Shown here: positions 51,773-61,275 of the stretch, in pieces
How positions within the stretch are numbered: the first letter of the stretch is position 1
How the letters are laid out: each line of letters starts with the position of its first letter
Assembly (NCBI GenBank): GCA_019429105.1
Contig: JAHYJE010000001.1
Coordinates: 27,952-91,951 of the forward strand
Length of the DNA stretch: 64,000 nucleotides
Reading direction: 5' to 3'
Source of the DNA: Syntrophobacterales bacterium
GTDB lineage: Bacteria; Desulfobacterota; Syntrophia; Syntrophales; UBA5619
The notes under the pieces: model-generated
Database searches by the model: none
What the model was told of the DNA's origin: nothing
What the model saw: only the letters and a program-made list of their open reading frames with translations
Program-made: the position numbers and the translations under genes

Positions 51773-52960
51773 TTAGGAATCACCCGGCTTGATGAACAGA
51801 TAATAAAGACTCCCCTCGCGGTATGTCCCGCCGGCAAGTTCTCCGGCCTTGTCGCCGACCCCCATATAGACATCGCAGCGGCCCGCGGCCCGGATCGCCC
51901 CGCCTGTATCCTGATCCAGAACAAACCCGACGGGACTGTCCAGCTCAACCGCGGCAAAGGCAAACATCGCCCGCGGGTAAATGGATTTATCCGTCGCAAT
52001 CGTGCGGAAGGGGATTACCGGCTCATTGAGCGAACCCCGGGGCTCGCTTTCCTGAGACCGGAAGAAGACAAAGCGGGGGTTTTTATTTACATACTTATCA
52101 ATTTCCTCAGGATGGGTCTTAAAATAATCAATCATCGCCTTGAGGTTGATATTTTTATTGGCAAACTTGCCATCGGCCATCATTTTCTGCACGATCCCCT
52201 GGTATTCCCAGCCGTTATGAGCGGCATAGGCAACCGTCTCGATCTGGCCGTCCGGGAGGCGAATTTTGGCTGAACCCTGCACATGCACTATATAAACCTC
52301 AAACGGGTCGCCGAGCCAGACCAGCTCATTGCCGGCCATGATATTGGACTTTTGTATCTCTTCCCTGCTTGGATATTTCCGGAACTGGCCATCCGGAGTC
52401 CTTTGGCCCAGAATTGTCCCGTCAGCCCCTTTTACCAGATCGGCCGGCGGCTTATATAAGGGATACCGGAAACGGTCGGTGCGCACCGGCGAACCGTCAA
52501 AAATAGGCGTATAATACCCCGTAAACAGTACGGTTCCCTGGTCATCGCAGCCGACCGAAATATACGTGTCGAATCGCTCCCGCAAAACCGCGTTCATCTG
52601 CTGCGGAGACAATCTCGCCGCAATCAGCTTTTTCAGCTCCTGCAGGCTGCTTTTCGCCTGGTCGTAGGTAATGTCGCCATAAGGATAGAACTTTTTGCTG
52701 GAAGGCTTTGCCAGATAGTTCAGACTGTTGGCGATTGCTTCCTGCAGACGGTCGGTATCAGAGCAGGCCCGCGTGTAGTCGGGAATCTGGCCGGGATCGG
52801 TAATCTTTCGCAGGGCCAGCTCCCCGGGCGGCAAGAGACGATAGTAATCCCTGGGGGGGGTTGGCTGCACCGTCAGCACTGCGGGGGTGCGTTTCTGGCA
52901 GCCGGCAAGAACCAGAAAAGCAATCAACAATAGCAATAAAGAAATAATTTTGGTTTTCAT
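51773..52960 (-). CDS. mltA: Membrane-bound lytic murein transglycosylase A
   Basis: Lipoprotein signal LVLAGC plus MltA and 3D domain pattern (GSAKIRLPDG, DTGGAI). Start trimmed to MKTKIISLL. Confidence 0.85.
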   Translation of the reverse strand: MKTKIISLLLLLIAFLVLAGCQKRTPAVLTVQPTPPRDYYRLLPPGELALRKITDPGQIPDYTRACSDTDRLQEAIANSLNYLAKPSSKKFYPYGDITYDQAKSSLQELKKLIAARLSPQQMNAVLRERFDTYISVGCDDQGTVLFTGYYTPIFDGSPVRTDRFRYPLYKPPADLVKGADGTILGQRTPDGQFRKYPSREEIQKSNIMAGNELVWLGDPFEVYIVHVQGSAKIRLPDGQIETVAYAAHNGWEYQGIVQKMMADGKFANKNINLKAMIDYFKTHPEEIDKYVNKNPRFVFFRSQESEPRGSLNEPVIPFRTIATDKSIYPRAMFAFAAVELDSPVGFVLDQDTGGAIRAAGRCDVYMGVGDKAGELAGGTYREGSLYYLFIKPGDS

Positions 52961-53063
52961 GGCGGGTTTATAAGACAAGCGACTCTCCTCTGTCAAAGAA
53001 AATTTTGCGGCAAGAACGTTTAAGCAAGGCGCCGTCCGCATATTCCCTCCCTCAATCAGCCTC

Positions 53064-53149
53064 TGCCTTTAGCAACAGCCCCGGACGCGACAAAGCACGT
53101 CCCTCCAAATTTGCTGAACATTAAGCTCCGCTTTCATCGTTCGTTGCGC
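53064..53149 (-). repeat. Repeat family B, copy 2 (inverted relative to 3720..3827)
   Basis: The reverse complement aligns to copy 1. Contains the exact 15-nt core ACATTAAGCTCCGCT shared with the MITE. Confidence 0.65.
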
Positions 53150-53221
53150 CTTGCAAGGCATGGGGATTTATCCAGAATAAAGTTTATCGGATGAGCGATT
53201 CGGAAATGAAGGTCAATTAAT

Positions 53222-53380
53222 CTACATTCCCATCTTTTTCTCTATATTCTCTATCTCTTTGCTGAGCTCTGCCCGCTCATCGCCGCCGAGATCGGCCTGA
53301 TTCAGTCTTCTTTTGAGGCCGAGCAGAATCATCTCTTCCCGATAATCACGGCAGGTGTATTTCCCTTTTTTTGAGTTCAT
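53222..53380 (-). CDS. Small ORF (52 aa) downstream of the sigma-54 regulator
   Basis: MNSKKGKYTCRDYREEMILLGLKRRLNQADLGGDERAELSKEIENIEKKMGM. Below the length cutoff of the ORF track. Predicted helical. No family recognised. Confidence 0.35.
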   Translation of the reverse strand: MNSKKGKYTCRDYREEMILLGLKRRLNQADLGGDERAELSKEIENIEKKMGM

Positions 53381-53429
53381 AGTTTAAGTTCTTGATAGTT
53401 TAAGATTTGGGCCGCGGCCTTGGCGGCGG

Positions 53430-54962
53430 TTACATCAGACCGTATTTTTTTAGTTTTTTATGGAGAGTTCTCCTGGTAATCTGCAATCTGCGGGCTGCCT
53501 CGCTCTTGTTCCCGCCCGCGGCGGCAAGCGTCCGCAGGATCATCTCCCGCTCCACATCCTCCAGGGGCGACGTCCCTTCGGCAAAGCTGCCCGCGCTGTT
53601 TTCTTCCGTTTCCCCCGTATTCATAATTCCGACAGCACCGTCTTGTCCCGGTGCGCCGGATGTCCGTTTGGGCATATTCTCCTCAAGCAAAACCGCTTCA
53701 TCCGGCCTGCGGGCAGCAGGAGCCGATATCGACGCCGCATCGCCATAACCAAGGTAAGCCCCCCCCACGCGCTGTCCATTCTCGGCAAAGTTGAGCAGGG
53801 AAATATCTCCCTCATCGAGGCAATCCCCGCGGGAAAGGACCACGCCCCGCTCGATCGCGTTCATTAGTTCGCGGACGTTTCCCGGCCAGGGATGACGCAG
53901 CAGACGATCCATCGCTCTTGGTGTGAAACCGCTGATATTTTTATGATTTTTCTCGGAAAACCGCAGGAGGAATTCCTGGGCAAGCAGCGGAATATCCTCC
54001 ACCCTTTCTCGGAGCGGCGGGATGACGAGGCTTACGACGTTCAGCCGGTAGAAAAGATCCTCCCGGAAGCGTCCCGAGGCTACTTCTCTGAACAAATCCC
54101 GGTTTGTCGCCGCTATCATGCGCACATCGATCGGCAAAACATCCTCGCCGCCGACGCGGGTAAGCTCGCGCTCCTGCAATACCCGCAGCAGTTTTACCTG
54201 CATTGTCAGCGGCATCTCCCCGACCTCGTCCAGAAAAAGGCTGCCGCCGTTTGCCTGGAGAAACTTCCCCTCCTTGCGCCGGTCGGCCCCGGTGAAGGCG
54301 CCCCGCTCGTGGCCGAACAGTTCCGACTCCAGCAGGTTTTCCGGTATAGCGGCGCAATTCAGTTTGACAAAGGTTTTTTCCCGGCGCGGGCTGTTGAAAT
54401 GGATCAACTCGGCGATCAGCTCCTTGCCGGTTCCGGACTCCCCGGCCACAAGAACGGTAGCTTCCGATTGCGCCACCTGCGACGCGGTTTCAAGCAGGCG
54501 GCTCATTGCCAGGGAGCGTCCGACAAGATTTTTCCGGTCGAAGCGGTCGCCCAGTTTTTCCCTGAGCATCCGGTTTTCCTCCTTCAAACTGCGGTGTTCC
54601 ATGGCCCGCTCCATGGTCAGGCGCAGCTCGTCGAAATCAAGCGGCTTCGTCAGGTAGTCGTAAGCCCCCTTCTTCAGCGCCTCAACCGCCGTTTCGACCG
54701 AGGCATAGGCCGTCATGATAATGATCGGCAAGGCGGGATTGAAATCCCTTATCCCTGCCAGAGCCTCCAGACCGGACATCTTGATCATCCGGACATCCAT
54801 CAGGATCAGATCGAACGGCCGGCTGCGCGCCAGGGCGACGGCGCTCCCGCCGTCATCCGCCTCCGCAATCTCGTATCCCCAGTCGCCAAGCAGGGTCTTC
54901 AACATCGTTCGATGGGAAACATCGTCATCCACTACCAGGACATTGCGTTTTTCTTTAATCAT
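53430..54962 (-). CDS. Sigma-54-dependent response regulator (NtrC/AtoC family) with a long linker before the HTH
   Basis: 510 aa. REC domain, GESGTGKE, GAFTGA, Fis-type HTH. Confidence 0.9.
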   Translation of the reverse strand: MIKEKRNVLVVDDDVSHRTMLKTLLGDWGYEIAEADDGGSAVALARSRPFDLILMDVRMIKMSGLEALAGIRDFNPALPIIIMTAYASVETAVEALKKGAYDYLTKPLDFDELRLTMERAMEHRSLKEENRMLREKLGDRFDRKNLVGRSLAMSRLLETASQVAQSEATVLVAGESGTGKELIAELIHFNSPRREKTFVKLNCAAIPENLLESELFGHERGAFTGADRRKEGKFLQANGGSLFLDEVGEMPLTMQVKLLRVLQERELTRVGGEDVLPIDVRMIAATNRDLFREVASGRFREDLFYRLNVVSLVIPPLRERVEDIPLLAQEFLLRFSEKNHKNISGFTPRAMDRLLRHPWPGNVRELMNAIERGVVLSRGDCLDEGDISLLNFAENGQRVGGAYLGYGDAASISAPAARRPDEAVLLEENMPKRTSGAPGQDGAVGIMNTGETEENSAGSFAEGTSPLEDVEREMILRTLAAAGGNKSEAARRLQITRRTLHKKLKKYGLM

Positions 54963-54977
54963 TTTCTATAATTTCTT

Positions 54978-56828
54978 TCATTTTTCGTCATCAACAACCG
55001 TTCCGGACGCGAAGGAACGCCGGGGAAGAATCAGGACAACCTTCGTGCCTTTTCCCGCCTCGCTCTCCAAAAATATCTCTCCATGGTGCGCCTCGACTAT
55101 CTTGTGACAGATTGCCAGTCCCAAGCCCGTCCCCGCCGCGCGGGTGGTAAAATACGGGTCGAAGACCCGGGGAAGATCAGCCGCGGGGATGCCTCTGCCG
55201 GTATCGGCAATCGTTACCCGGATCGCCTTTTCTTCCTGTCCAAAGAGCGATACCCGCAGCTCCCCGCCCGTCTCCATTGCCTCCAGCGCATTCAGGAACA
55301 GGTTGAGAAAAACCTGGGTCATCCGGTCGGCATCGATGGATATTTCCCATTTCCCGGCTGGCACTTCGGTTTGAACGGCCACCCCCTTTTTCGCGGCCTC
55401 ATTTTCAATCAACGCAAGCGCCTGGCGAATCACCACCGGCAATGAAACCGGAACAATATTCATCTTCAAGGGTCTGGCCAATTCAATCAGTTGCGTAATC
55501 ACCCGATTTATTCGGTCAACCTCGCGAATCATCACCTCTGCCGCCTCGCGCTCGCCCGGGGCGTCCACAAATCTCTCCCGGAAGTGCGTTGCGAAACCCT
55601 TGATCGAGCTTAAGGGATTTCTGATTTCGTGAGCGACTCCGGCGGCAAGACCCCCCAACGACGCAAGTCGCCTGCTCCGCTCCACCTCCGCCTCAAGCCG
55701 CTTGATCTCAGTAATATCCCTGAAAAGCAGGATGCTCCCCAGAAAGCTGTCTTCCTGCTCAAACAGCGGCGCGGCGACAACTTCCAGCGTCATTGTTGCG
55801 CCCTCCTTCATGGCACAGGGCACTTCCTTGTCAAGCAGCAGCGCCGTTTTGTCCCTTGGCATGCTAAAATCGCCTAATTCCGGCGGCATAACATCAACCG
55901 CCCGCTTCCCGACGGACTCGCCGGGAACCAGACGCAGGATCTCCTCCGCCGTCCGATTGCAGGCCGTCAGGATTCCCCCGGCATCGATCGCAATCAGCCC
56001 CATTGGCATGTTCTCGACCAGACTGTCGGAAAAAACCCTGATTCGGGCAAGGGAACTCCGCGCCTCCTGGTAGCCGTGAGCGAGCATCAGCGAAACAATC
56101 CCGGCCAAGCCAATGAGCAGGAAAAGCACCGCGCTCCATATCGTCCGGAAGATATCCTGCCTGCGGGCTTCCTCGATCGGCGACATATCCAGGCCTGCAA
56201 AAACGACAAGGCCCCGGGGAGAAACATTTTTTTCAGTTGGCTCCAGTTGTTCGCCGCACTGATTGGTGAATTCGTACCCGGACACCGCCGTCGGCGAAAG
56301 CCCTCGATAAACCTCAAAGGTATCCCCGCCCTGACTGTTTTCAACCAGGCGCCATGACAGCTTTTTCGAAACGGCGATCTGCCCCATTTCCAGATTTGTC
56401 TCATAGACGGCCCCGATGCGCAGAGGATCGCTGTCAGCCAGGATCATTCCGCTGGCATCGGCAACGATCAGATAATCGATATCCGCCTGTTCGGCAGTTT
56501 CCATCAGGAGTTTCTGGAGCTGGAATTCTCCCCAGTGCATGCCGATCCCTGTCCGGGCACCCGCTTCAAAAGAGCGGATGATGGCCTCGCCTTTTGCGAC
56601 AAGCAGCCGTTCAGTCTGCTCTTTCTGGCGGCTTATCGCATCCATCGTCATGATGATGAAAACAGGGACGAGAATTGCAACGGCCCCGATGATAAGCCAG
56701 GGGGGAACGACAATAAACCGTTTTTTATTTTTGTGAAAGCTGGTCAAACCAAGCCTCGCAGGTGGATACTTTAAAAGACGGCGGCGGCTCTTCCGATAAT
56801 CGGGCTCGCCGCCGCCAGCTTCTTTCAT
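54978..56828 (-). CDS. Sensor histidine kinase (periplasmic domain, PAS, HisKA, HATPase)
   Basis: 616 aa. VAHEIRNPL H-box, DTGRGI, GTGLGLAI. Confidence 0.88.
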   Translation of the reverse strand: MKEAGGGEPDYRKSRRRLLKYPPARLGLTSFHKNKKRFIVVPPWLIIGAVAILVPVFIIMTMDAISRQKEQTERLLVAKGEAIIRSFEAGARTGIGMHWGEFQLQKLLMETAEQADIDYLIVADASGMILADSDPLRIGAVYETNLEMGQIAVSKKLSWRLVENSQGGDTFEVYRGLSPTAVSGYEFTNQCGEQLEPTEKNVSPRGLVVFAGLDMSPIEEARRQDIFRTIWSAVLFLLIGLAGIVSLMLAHGYQEARSSLARIRVFSDSLVENMPMGLIAIDAGGILTACNRTAEEILRLVPGESVGKRAVDVMPPELGDFSMPRDKTALLLDKEVPCAMKEGATMTLEVVAAPLFEQEDSFLGSILLFRDITEIKRLEAEVERSRRLASLGGLAAGVAHEIRNPLSSIKGFATHFRERFVDAPGEREAAEVMIREVDRINRVITQLIELARPLKMNIVPVSLPVVIRQALALIENEAAKKGVAVQTEVPAGKWEISIDADRMTQVFLNLFLNALEAMETGGELRVSLFGQEEKAIRVTIADTGRGIPAADLPRVFDPYFTTRAAGTGLGLAICHKIVEAHHGEIFLESEAGKGTKVVLILPRRSFASGTVVDDEK

Positions 56829-56889
56829 TCGGCATCAATGGAAAACCTGCCTGCACGCACAGCCAAAAAAGCGGCTACATAATGGATAA

Positions 56890-57339
56890 TCAGGGCTTTA
56901 CGACCCGGACGCCGCTTGCAAAAAGTATCTCATCAAAGGTGCGGTTCAAGGTCTTGCTCGTAAACTTTACCATCACCGGCGATTCGGGAATTTCAACAAT
57001 ATCGCCTTTTTTGACCTCTGCCTGCATGACGGCTACCCAGAGCTTTTTCCCCTTTTCCTCTACCTCCAGATAGGAATAGCCGGCGGCATCGATCTTCTGC
57101 AACACCTTTCCCTTATGAGCGACCCCACCCTTGGTAAATTCCGCCGCCGGCAAGCCCGCATGCGGATCGCCCCCTGCTTTCGGCGCTGCGGCCTGCGACG
57201 TCCACGGATTGGGAGCAGCCGGCTGCGTAAGAGCGCCCTGGGGAGAAGCCGGCGCCGGCTTCTCTTCCTTCTTTTGGCAGCCAACCGCGAAAATCAGCGC
57301 CAATGCTGTAATCAATAATATTTTTTTCTTCACAATCAT
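56890..57339 (-). CDS. Lipoprotein of unknown function
   Basis: 149 aa. Lipobox IFAVGC, a Pro/Ala-rich linker and a conserved-looking C-terminal domain. Confidence 0.55.
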   Translation of the reverse strand: MIVKKKILLITALALIFAVGCQKKEEKPAPASPQGALTQPAAPNPWTSQAAAPKAGGDPHAGLPAAEFTKGGVAHKGKVLQKIDAAGYSYLEVEEKGKKLWVAVMQAEVKKGDIVEIPESPVMVKFTSKTLNRTFDEILFASGVRVVKP

Positions 57340-57359
57340 CCTCCTTGTTGTAGTTTTTG

Positions 57360-57375
57360 CGCTTCTATCATGCCT
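57360..57375 (-). promoter_or_regulatory. Possible sigma-54 promoter for the lipoprotein-kinase-regulator unit
   Basis: The minus strand reads aGGCATGATAGAAGCg, with GG and GC at -24/-12 spacing. The -12 element is imperfect (AAGC). Confidence 0.35.
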
Positions 57376-57435
57376 TTTTTTATTTGCAAAGGGGTTTTTG
57401 AAAATTACGCCCCCCTCTGAACTTATTGACCTCCA

Positions 57436-58404
57436 TCAGGTGGAACGGATCTCCTGCCTCATAAAGACCGCATAGCAGATTCCAAAGCAGGCAAATGTTA
57501 TCGCCGCCAGTGAAACCAGAAAGGGCATAACAATAACGATGCTCTGACCAAGCGGCAGCGGATTCTGGAAACGGGAAAGAGAAATCCTCTCCAGTGGTCC
57601 CAAAATAATAAAGGAACGCGGCGTCCGGCGGAGCGGATCCAGAATCGTCGCCGTAGCGTCTGCATAAAGCGTCGCCGGGGAGAAAAATGAGACGGCCCGC
57701 TGAACCTCTGCATTTCTGATAAGGGCATCCTGGGCCTGGTAAGTGTCCGCGGTGTCTTTTATCGGCGAAATCGCATCGGCAAGCAGGCTCCCACCCAGGC
57801 CAACAAAGAACGACAAGCCAATCCATACGGCAAGGGACGCCAGCGCCGAGGTGGCAGTGCTCCGAAAAACAACGGAAAAGAGGAGCGCCGCGCCCAGCCA
57901 GAAAGAGATGTAGAGTATCCCCAATGCGAGGTATATGAAGAGCCGCCAGATTTCCTCCGGACCAGGCACTACCCCGACCAGCGTGATGCCAAGTCCGGAG
58001 ATAACCAGCGCCAGCGATACCATTACTATCGAAATCATTGTCACGCCGGCCAGAAATTTCCCGTTGATGATCGCATCCCGATAAATCGGCTGGGCTGCCA
58101 GCTTGCTGAGCGTCCGACCGGTCCGCTCGCGGCTGATTGCGTCAAAACCGAGAATGATCCCGAGCAGCGGCCCGAAAAAACCAATGAACTGCACAAAAGA
58201 AAAGAGCTTCCCGGTCGAGGTGAACAAAAGCAGGAAGATAAAGTCCGGTTTTGCCATCCCCCTGAGTTCGTCCCGCATCGCCATTCCGGAAAGGGACGCG
58301 ATAATCACCCCGACCATGAAAATCAGCGCCGTGATCAAAAGAAACCGGGTGGAGCTGAAATGATCCTCCATCTCCTTGCGGTAGATCGTCAATACCCCGT
58401 GCAA
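57436..58404 (-). CDS. ABC-2 type transporter permease
   Basis: 322 aa with six hydrophobic segments. Follows the ATPase gene directly. Confidence 0.75.
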   Translation of the reverse strand: MHGVLTIYRKEMEDHFSSTRFLLITALIFMVGVIIASLSGMAMRDELRGMAKPDFIFLLLFTSTGKLFSFVQFIGFFGPLLGIILGFDAISRERTGRTLSKLAAQPIYRDAIINGKFLAGVTMISIVMVSLALVISGLGITLVGVVPGPEEIWRLFIYLALGILYISFWLGAALLFSVVFRSTATSALASLAVWIGLSFFVGLGGSLLADAISPIKDTADTYQAQDALIRNAEVQRAVSFFSPATLYADATATILDPLRRTPRSFIILGPLERISLSRFQNPLPLGQSIVIVMPFLVSLAAITFACFGICYAVFMRQEIRST

Positions 58405-58406
58405 AA

Positions 58407-59162
58407 TTACGCCTCCCTGAAATATTTCATATAGATGTCTTCCAGCGTGAACAGCTCGCCTTCCTTGACGCCAAGCCCTTTTTCGGCAAGTTCGGCGAGC
58501 GGGCCGACAGCAACGAGCTTCCCGCCGATCATGATCCCGACCCGATCGGAAATGCGCTGCACCTGCTCCAATAGGTGGGATGAAAAAAAGATCGTCATGC
58601 CCTGCTTGCGGCTGAGATTCCTTACCATCTCGAGCATCCGGTTTGTTCCCTCCGGATCGAGACCAACCGTCGGTTCATCGAGAAAGGCAAGGCGCGGTTC
58701 CTTGATCAGCACCTCGGCGATGCCGAGGCGCTGCTTCATCCCCTTAGAATAGCTCCCCACCTTCTTGTCCGCCTCTTTTGCCAAATCCACCTCTGCAAGC
58801 AGGCGATCTATCCTTTCCGCAGAGACCCTGTCCGGGATGTTATTCAGACGGGCGATGAACCGCAGGTTGGCGCGCGCATCCATGTCCTCGTAAAAACCGA
58901 CATTTTCCGGAAGATACCCGATCACCTCCTTGACCTTCAGCGCCTCGCGCGCCGGATCGAAACCGCAGACCCTGACCATTCCGGAAGTCGGCTCCGTCAG
59001 ACCTAGCATCATCAGCATTGTCGTGGTTTTACCCGCTCCGTTCGGTCCGAGAAATCCGAAAACCTCTCCCTCCGTCACCTCGAGATTCAGGTTGCTCACC
59101 GCCACCTGAGTCCCGTAACGCTTGGTAAGATTCTCTATCTGGATAATGGCCTGTCGCTCCAC
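58407..59162 (-). CDS. ABC transporter ATP-binding protein
   Basis: GPNGAGKTT, YSKGMKQRL signature, LDEPTVGLD. Confidence 0.9.
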   Translation of the reverse strand: MERQAIIQIENLTKRYGTQVAVSNLNLEVTEGEVFGFLGPNGAGKTTTMLMMLGLTEPTSGMVRVCGFDPAREALKVKEVIGYLPENVGFYEDMDARANLRFIARLNNIPDRVSAERIDRLLAEVDLAKEADKKVGSYSKGMKQRLGIAEVLIKEPRLAFLDEPTVGLDPEGTNRMLEMVRNLSRKQGMTIFFSSHLLEQVQRISDRVGIMIGGKLVAVGPLAELAEKGLGVKEGELFTLEDIYMKYFREA

Positions 59163-59163
59163 G

Positions 59164-60381
59164 TCAGCGTCTCCCCATCTTCACGAACAGTAAAGCCAGC
59201 CCGGCAATAACCAGGACAATGAGCCCGATCCCGATCCACCCCCAGGCGGAGGAGGCATTGACCGTCACCCTCATCTCCACCGTTTTCTCCGCCTTTTCCC
59301 CACTGGTCAGCACGCCCACGGAATAATCGCCGACCAGCGTCTGCTGCCCGGGTTTTATCGTTACTTCGACCTGCTTCATCTCGCCGGGGGCCAGAACATC
59401 GATCTTTTCCGGTTTGAAGGTTGTTCCCCAATTCTCCGGCTTGAACGAGGAAAAGGCAATGTTGCGGTTGGGGGCGGAGCCGTTGTTCTTCACAAAAAGC
59501 GAAAAGGAAACTGTCTTGCCGGGAGACGCCTCCAGCGAGAGAATCCCGTTGGGCGTCCCCGCGTCGAGCCGGTAGGTGCCGGTCAGAACAGCCGTCAGCT
59601 TCGCCTCGGCGCTGCTCTCCTTGGCGCTGACCCGCACGACGACAGGGTATTCCCCTGCCCCGGCGCCCGGCTTCGGAGAAACCTCCACGGCTATCGTCTG
59701 ACTCTGTCCCTCCTTCACCCGAATTGTCGAGATCTGTTTGGGCTCATAGGCGGGCTTGAAATTTATCTCCCATCCCTCCGGACCGACCGCAGAGAGATTA
59801 AAAGAACGTTCCATCTCGCTTTTATTGAGCACGTCTATGGAAAATTCGAACTTGGAATCGGTCTGCCCGCGGAGCACCGGATAGGCGGCATTTAGCTGGA
59901 TATTGTCCAGCCCCACCTTCCTTCCCTGTACGCTTACATTCAGGGTATGCGTCGAACTGAATTTGCCATCCGCCGTTTTCGCGTCAAAGCGGAAGGAGTA
60001 GTTGCCGGGGCCGCTGCCCTTTTCCGGTTCGAGGTTCAGGGAAAGGGTTTTTGTTTTTCCGGCCGGCACATACACCCCGGTCACCTGATAGCGGGCGCCC
60101 TTCAAGGTTGCCTTCCATCCCCGGGCAACCTCCGCCAGCGCCACAGCGATATTTTCGTCCGCTTTCCCCTTGTTCTCCAGGGTAAGTTCCATCTGCACGC
60201 TTTCCCCCGTTGCCACCGCGATGCCGGAGTAGTCAGTATAGACAGCAATCCCTCGCGCGGGGCGGTCATCCGGATTATTGCCCTCCGCCGCAAAGCCCGC
60301 CGCCGCAATCATCAAAAACAAAAATGAAAAACAGACAAAGGCCCCTGTAAATAATTTTTTCATTCGTTTCCCGCCAACCAT
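59164..60381 (-). CDS. Secreted or membrane-anchored protein with repeated Ig-like (NEW3/CARDB-like) domains and a C-terminal TM segment
   Basis: 405 aa. Signal peptide and repeated beta-rich modules. RBS gaggagg lies 5 nt before the ATG at 60381. Confidence 0.6.
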   Translation of the reverse strand: MVGGKRMKKLFTGAFVCFSFLFLMIAAAGFAAEGNNPDDRPARGIAVYTDYSGIAVATGESVQMELTLENKGKADENIAVALAEVARGWKATLKGARYQVTGVYVPAGKTKTLSLNLEPEKGSGPGNYSFRFDAKTADGKFSSTHTLNVSVQGRKVGLDNIQLNAAYPVLRGQTDSKFEFSIDVLNKSEMERSFNLSAVGPEGWEINFKPAYEPKQISTIRVKEGQSQTIAVEVSPKPGAGAGEYPVVVRVSAKESSAEAKLTAVLTGTYRLDAGTPNGILSLEASPGKTVSFSLFVKNNGSAPNRNIAFSSFKPENWGTTFKPEKIDVLAPGEMKQVEVTIKPGQQTLVGDYSVGVLTSGEKAEKTVEMRVTVNASSAWGWIGIGLIVLVIAGLALLFVKMGRR

Positions 60382-60419
60382 TGCAACCTCCTCGATTATT
60401 CCTTACTCTTTGTTGGACG

Positions 60420-60818
60420 CTATTCTTTCCAATTCTCTATCTTCAGGTTTTTAATTCTTATAAATTCGTTCGTATTGTTGGTAACAAGGATGAGATTGTG
60501 CGCAACTGCCTGAGCTGCGATGAGCATGTCGTAAGGGCCGATAAGATTTCCTTCTTTTTTTAGCTGTGCTCTTATAATTCCAAATTGTTCAGCGTCGGTA
60601 TTGCCAAAATCGATAATTACAAAGGGAGTCAGAAATTCAGTTAAGGATATTCTGTTTTTCTGGATGTTTTGACTGTTGTAAACGCCAAATTGCAATTCTG
60701 CTACCGTGATGCTGGATAAATAAACGGTTTGTTCGAGTACATTGTGCAATCTTTCCAGGACATGCAGCGGCTTCCTGTTCTTGATAAAAATACAGATATT
60801 TGTATCAAGCAAATACAT
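60420..60818 (-). CDS. vapC: PIN-domain toxin VapC
   Basis: MYLLDTNICIF…, conserved acidic residues, 132 aa. Confidence 0.88.
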   Translation of the reverse strand: MYLLDTNICIFIKNRKPLHVLERLHNVLEQTVYLSSITVAELQFGVYNSQNIQKNRISLTEFLTPFVIIDFGNTDAEQFGIIRAQLKKEGNLIGPYDMLIAAQAVAHNLILVTNNTNEFIRIKNLKIENWKE

Positions 60819-61048
60819 TACAGATCCTTTCGCTCCTGCATTTGCGGCTGTTCTCTCCCGTTTTCCATGAAATCATCGGTAAACCCATTGAGGCCATGGA
60901 GAAATATTTCCCACACGCGATTTTTAGGAAAGAGAATGACAGAATCGCCAATCTTTTGAATTAGCACATCTGTCCCTTCAAAATTGTATTCTTTGGGCAG
61001 ACGAACCGCTTGACTGCGTCCATTCTGAAATAATTTAGCTGTTTGCAT
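60818..61048 (-). CDS. vapB: AbrB/SpoVT-type antitoxin VapB
   Basis: MQTAKLFQNGRSQAVRLPKEY. RBS ggaggt. 1-nt overlap with vapC. Confidence 0.85.
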   Translation of the reverse strand: MQTAKLFQNGRSQAVRLPKEYNFEGTDVLIQKIGDSVILFPKNRVWEIFLHGLNGFTDDFMENGREQPQMQERKDL

Positions 61049-61066
61049 GTTGCACCTCCACAATTG

Positions 61067-61094
61067 ATATATATCTTGGTATATATCTTGTCAA
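61067..61094 (-). promoter_or_regulatory. vapBC promoter with tandem direct repeats (candidate operator)
   Basis: TATATATCTTG occurs twice with 12-bp spacing (61068..61078 and 61080..61090). The repeats overlap a minus-strand TTGACA at 61089..61094 and an A/T-rich -10. Confidence 0.5.
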
Positions 61095-61275
61095 GCTGCA
61101 AAATCATCTCCCCCAGATGCTATTTTTTTAGGTTGCACCAACGAAAAAATCAGCCAGAGCGGAGGGAGAATCAGGAGTGAGCTGCTTAACTCGCGCGTTC
61201 CCCCCGGAGCGTAGGGGGGCAACGCCAGATATCGCCGGAAGACCGGCTTTATGGCCGATCCGGTGGATGCCGCAG

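Noticed and set aside
51652-51999. A 115-aa minus-strand ORF spanning the res-mltA intergenic region.
   Set aside because: Most of it overlaps the 3' end of mltA in another frame. The non-overlapping 40 codons have no convincing start and no recognisable motif.
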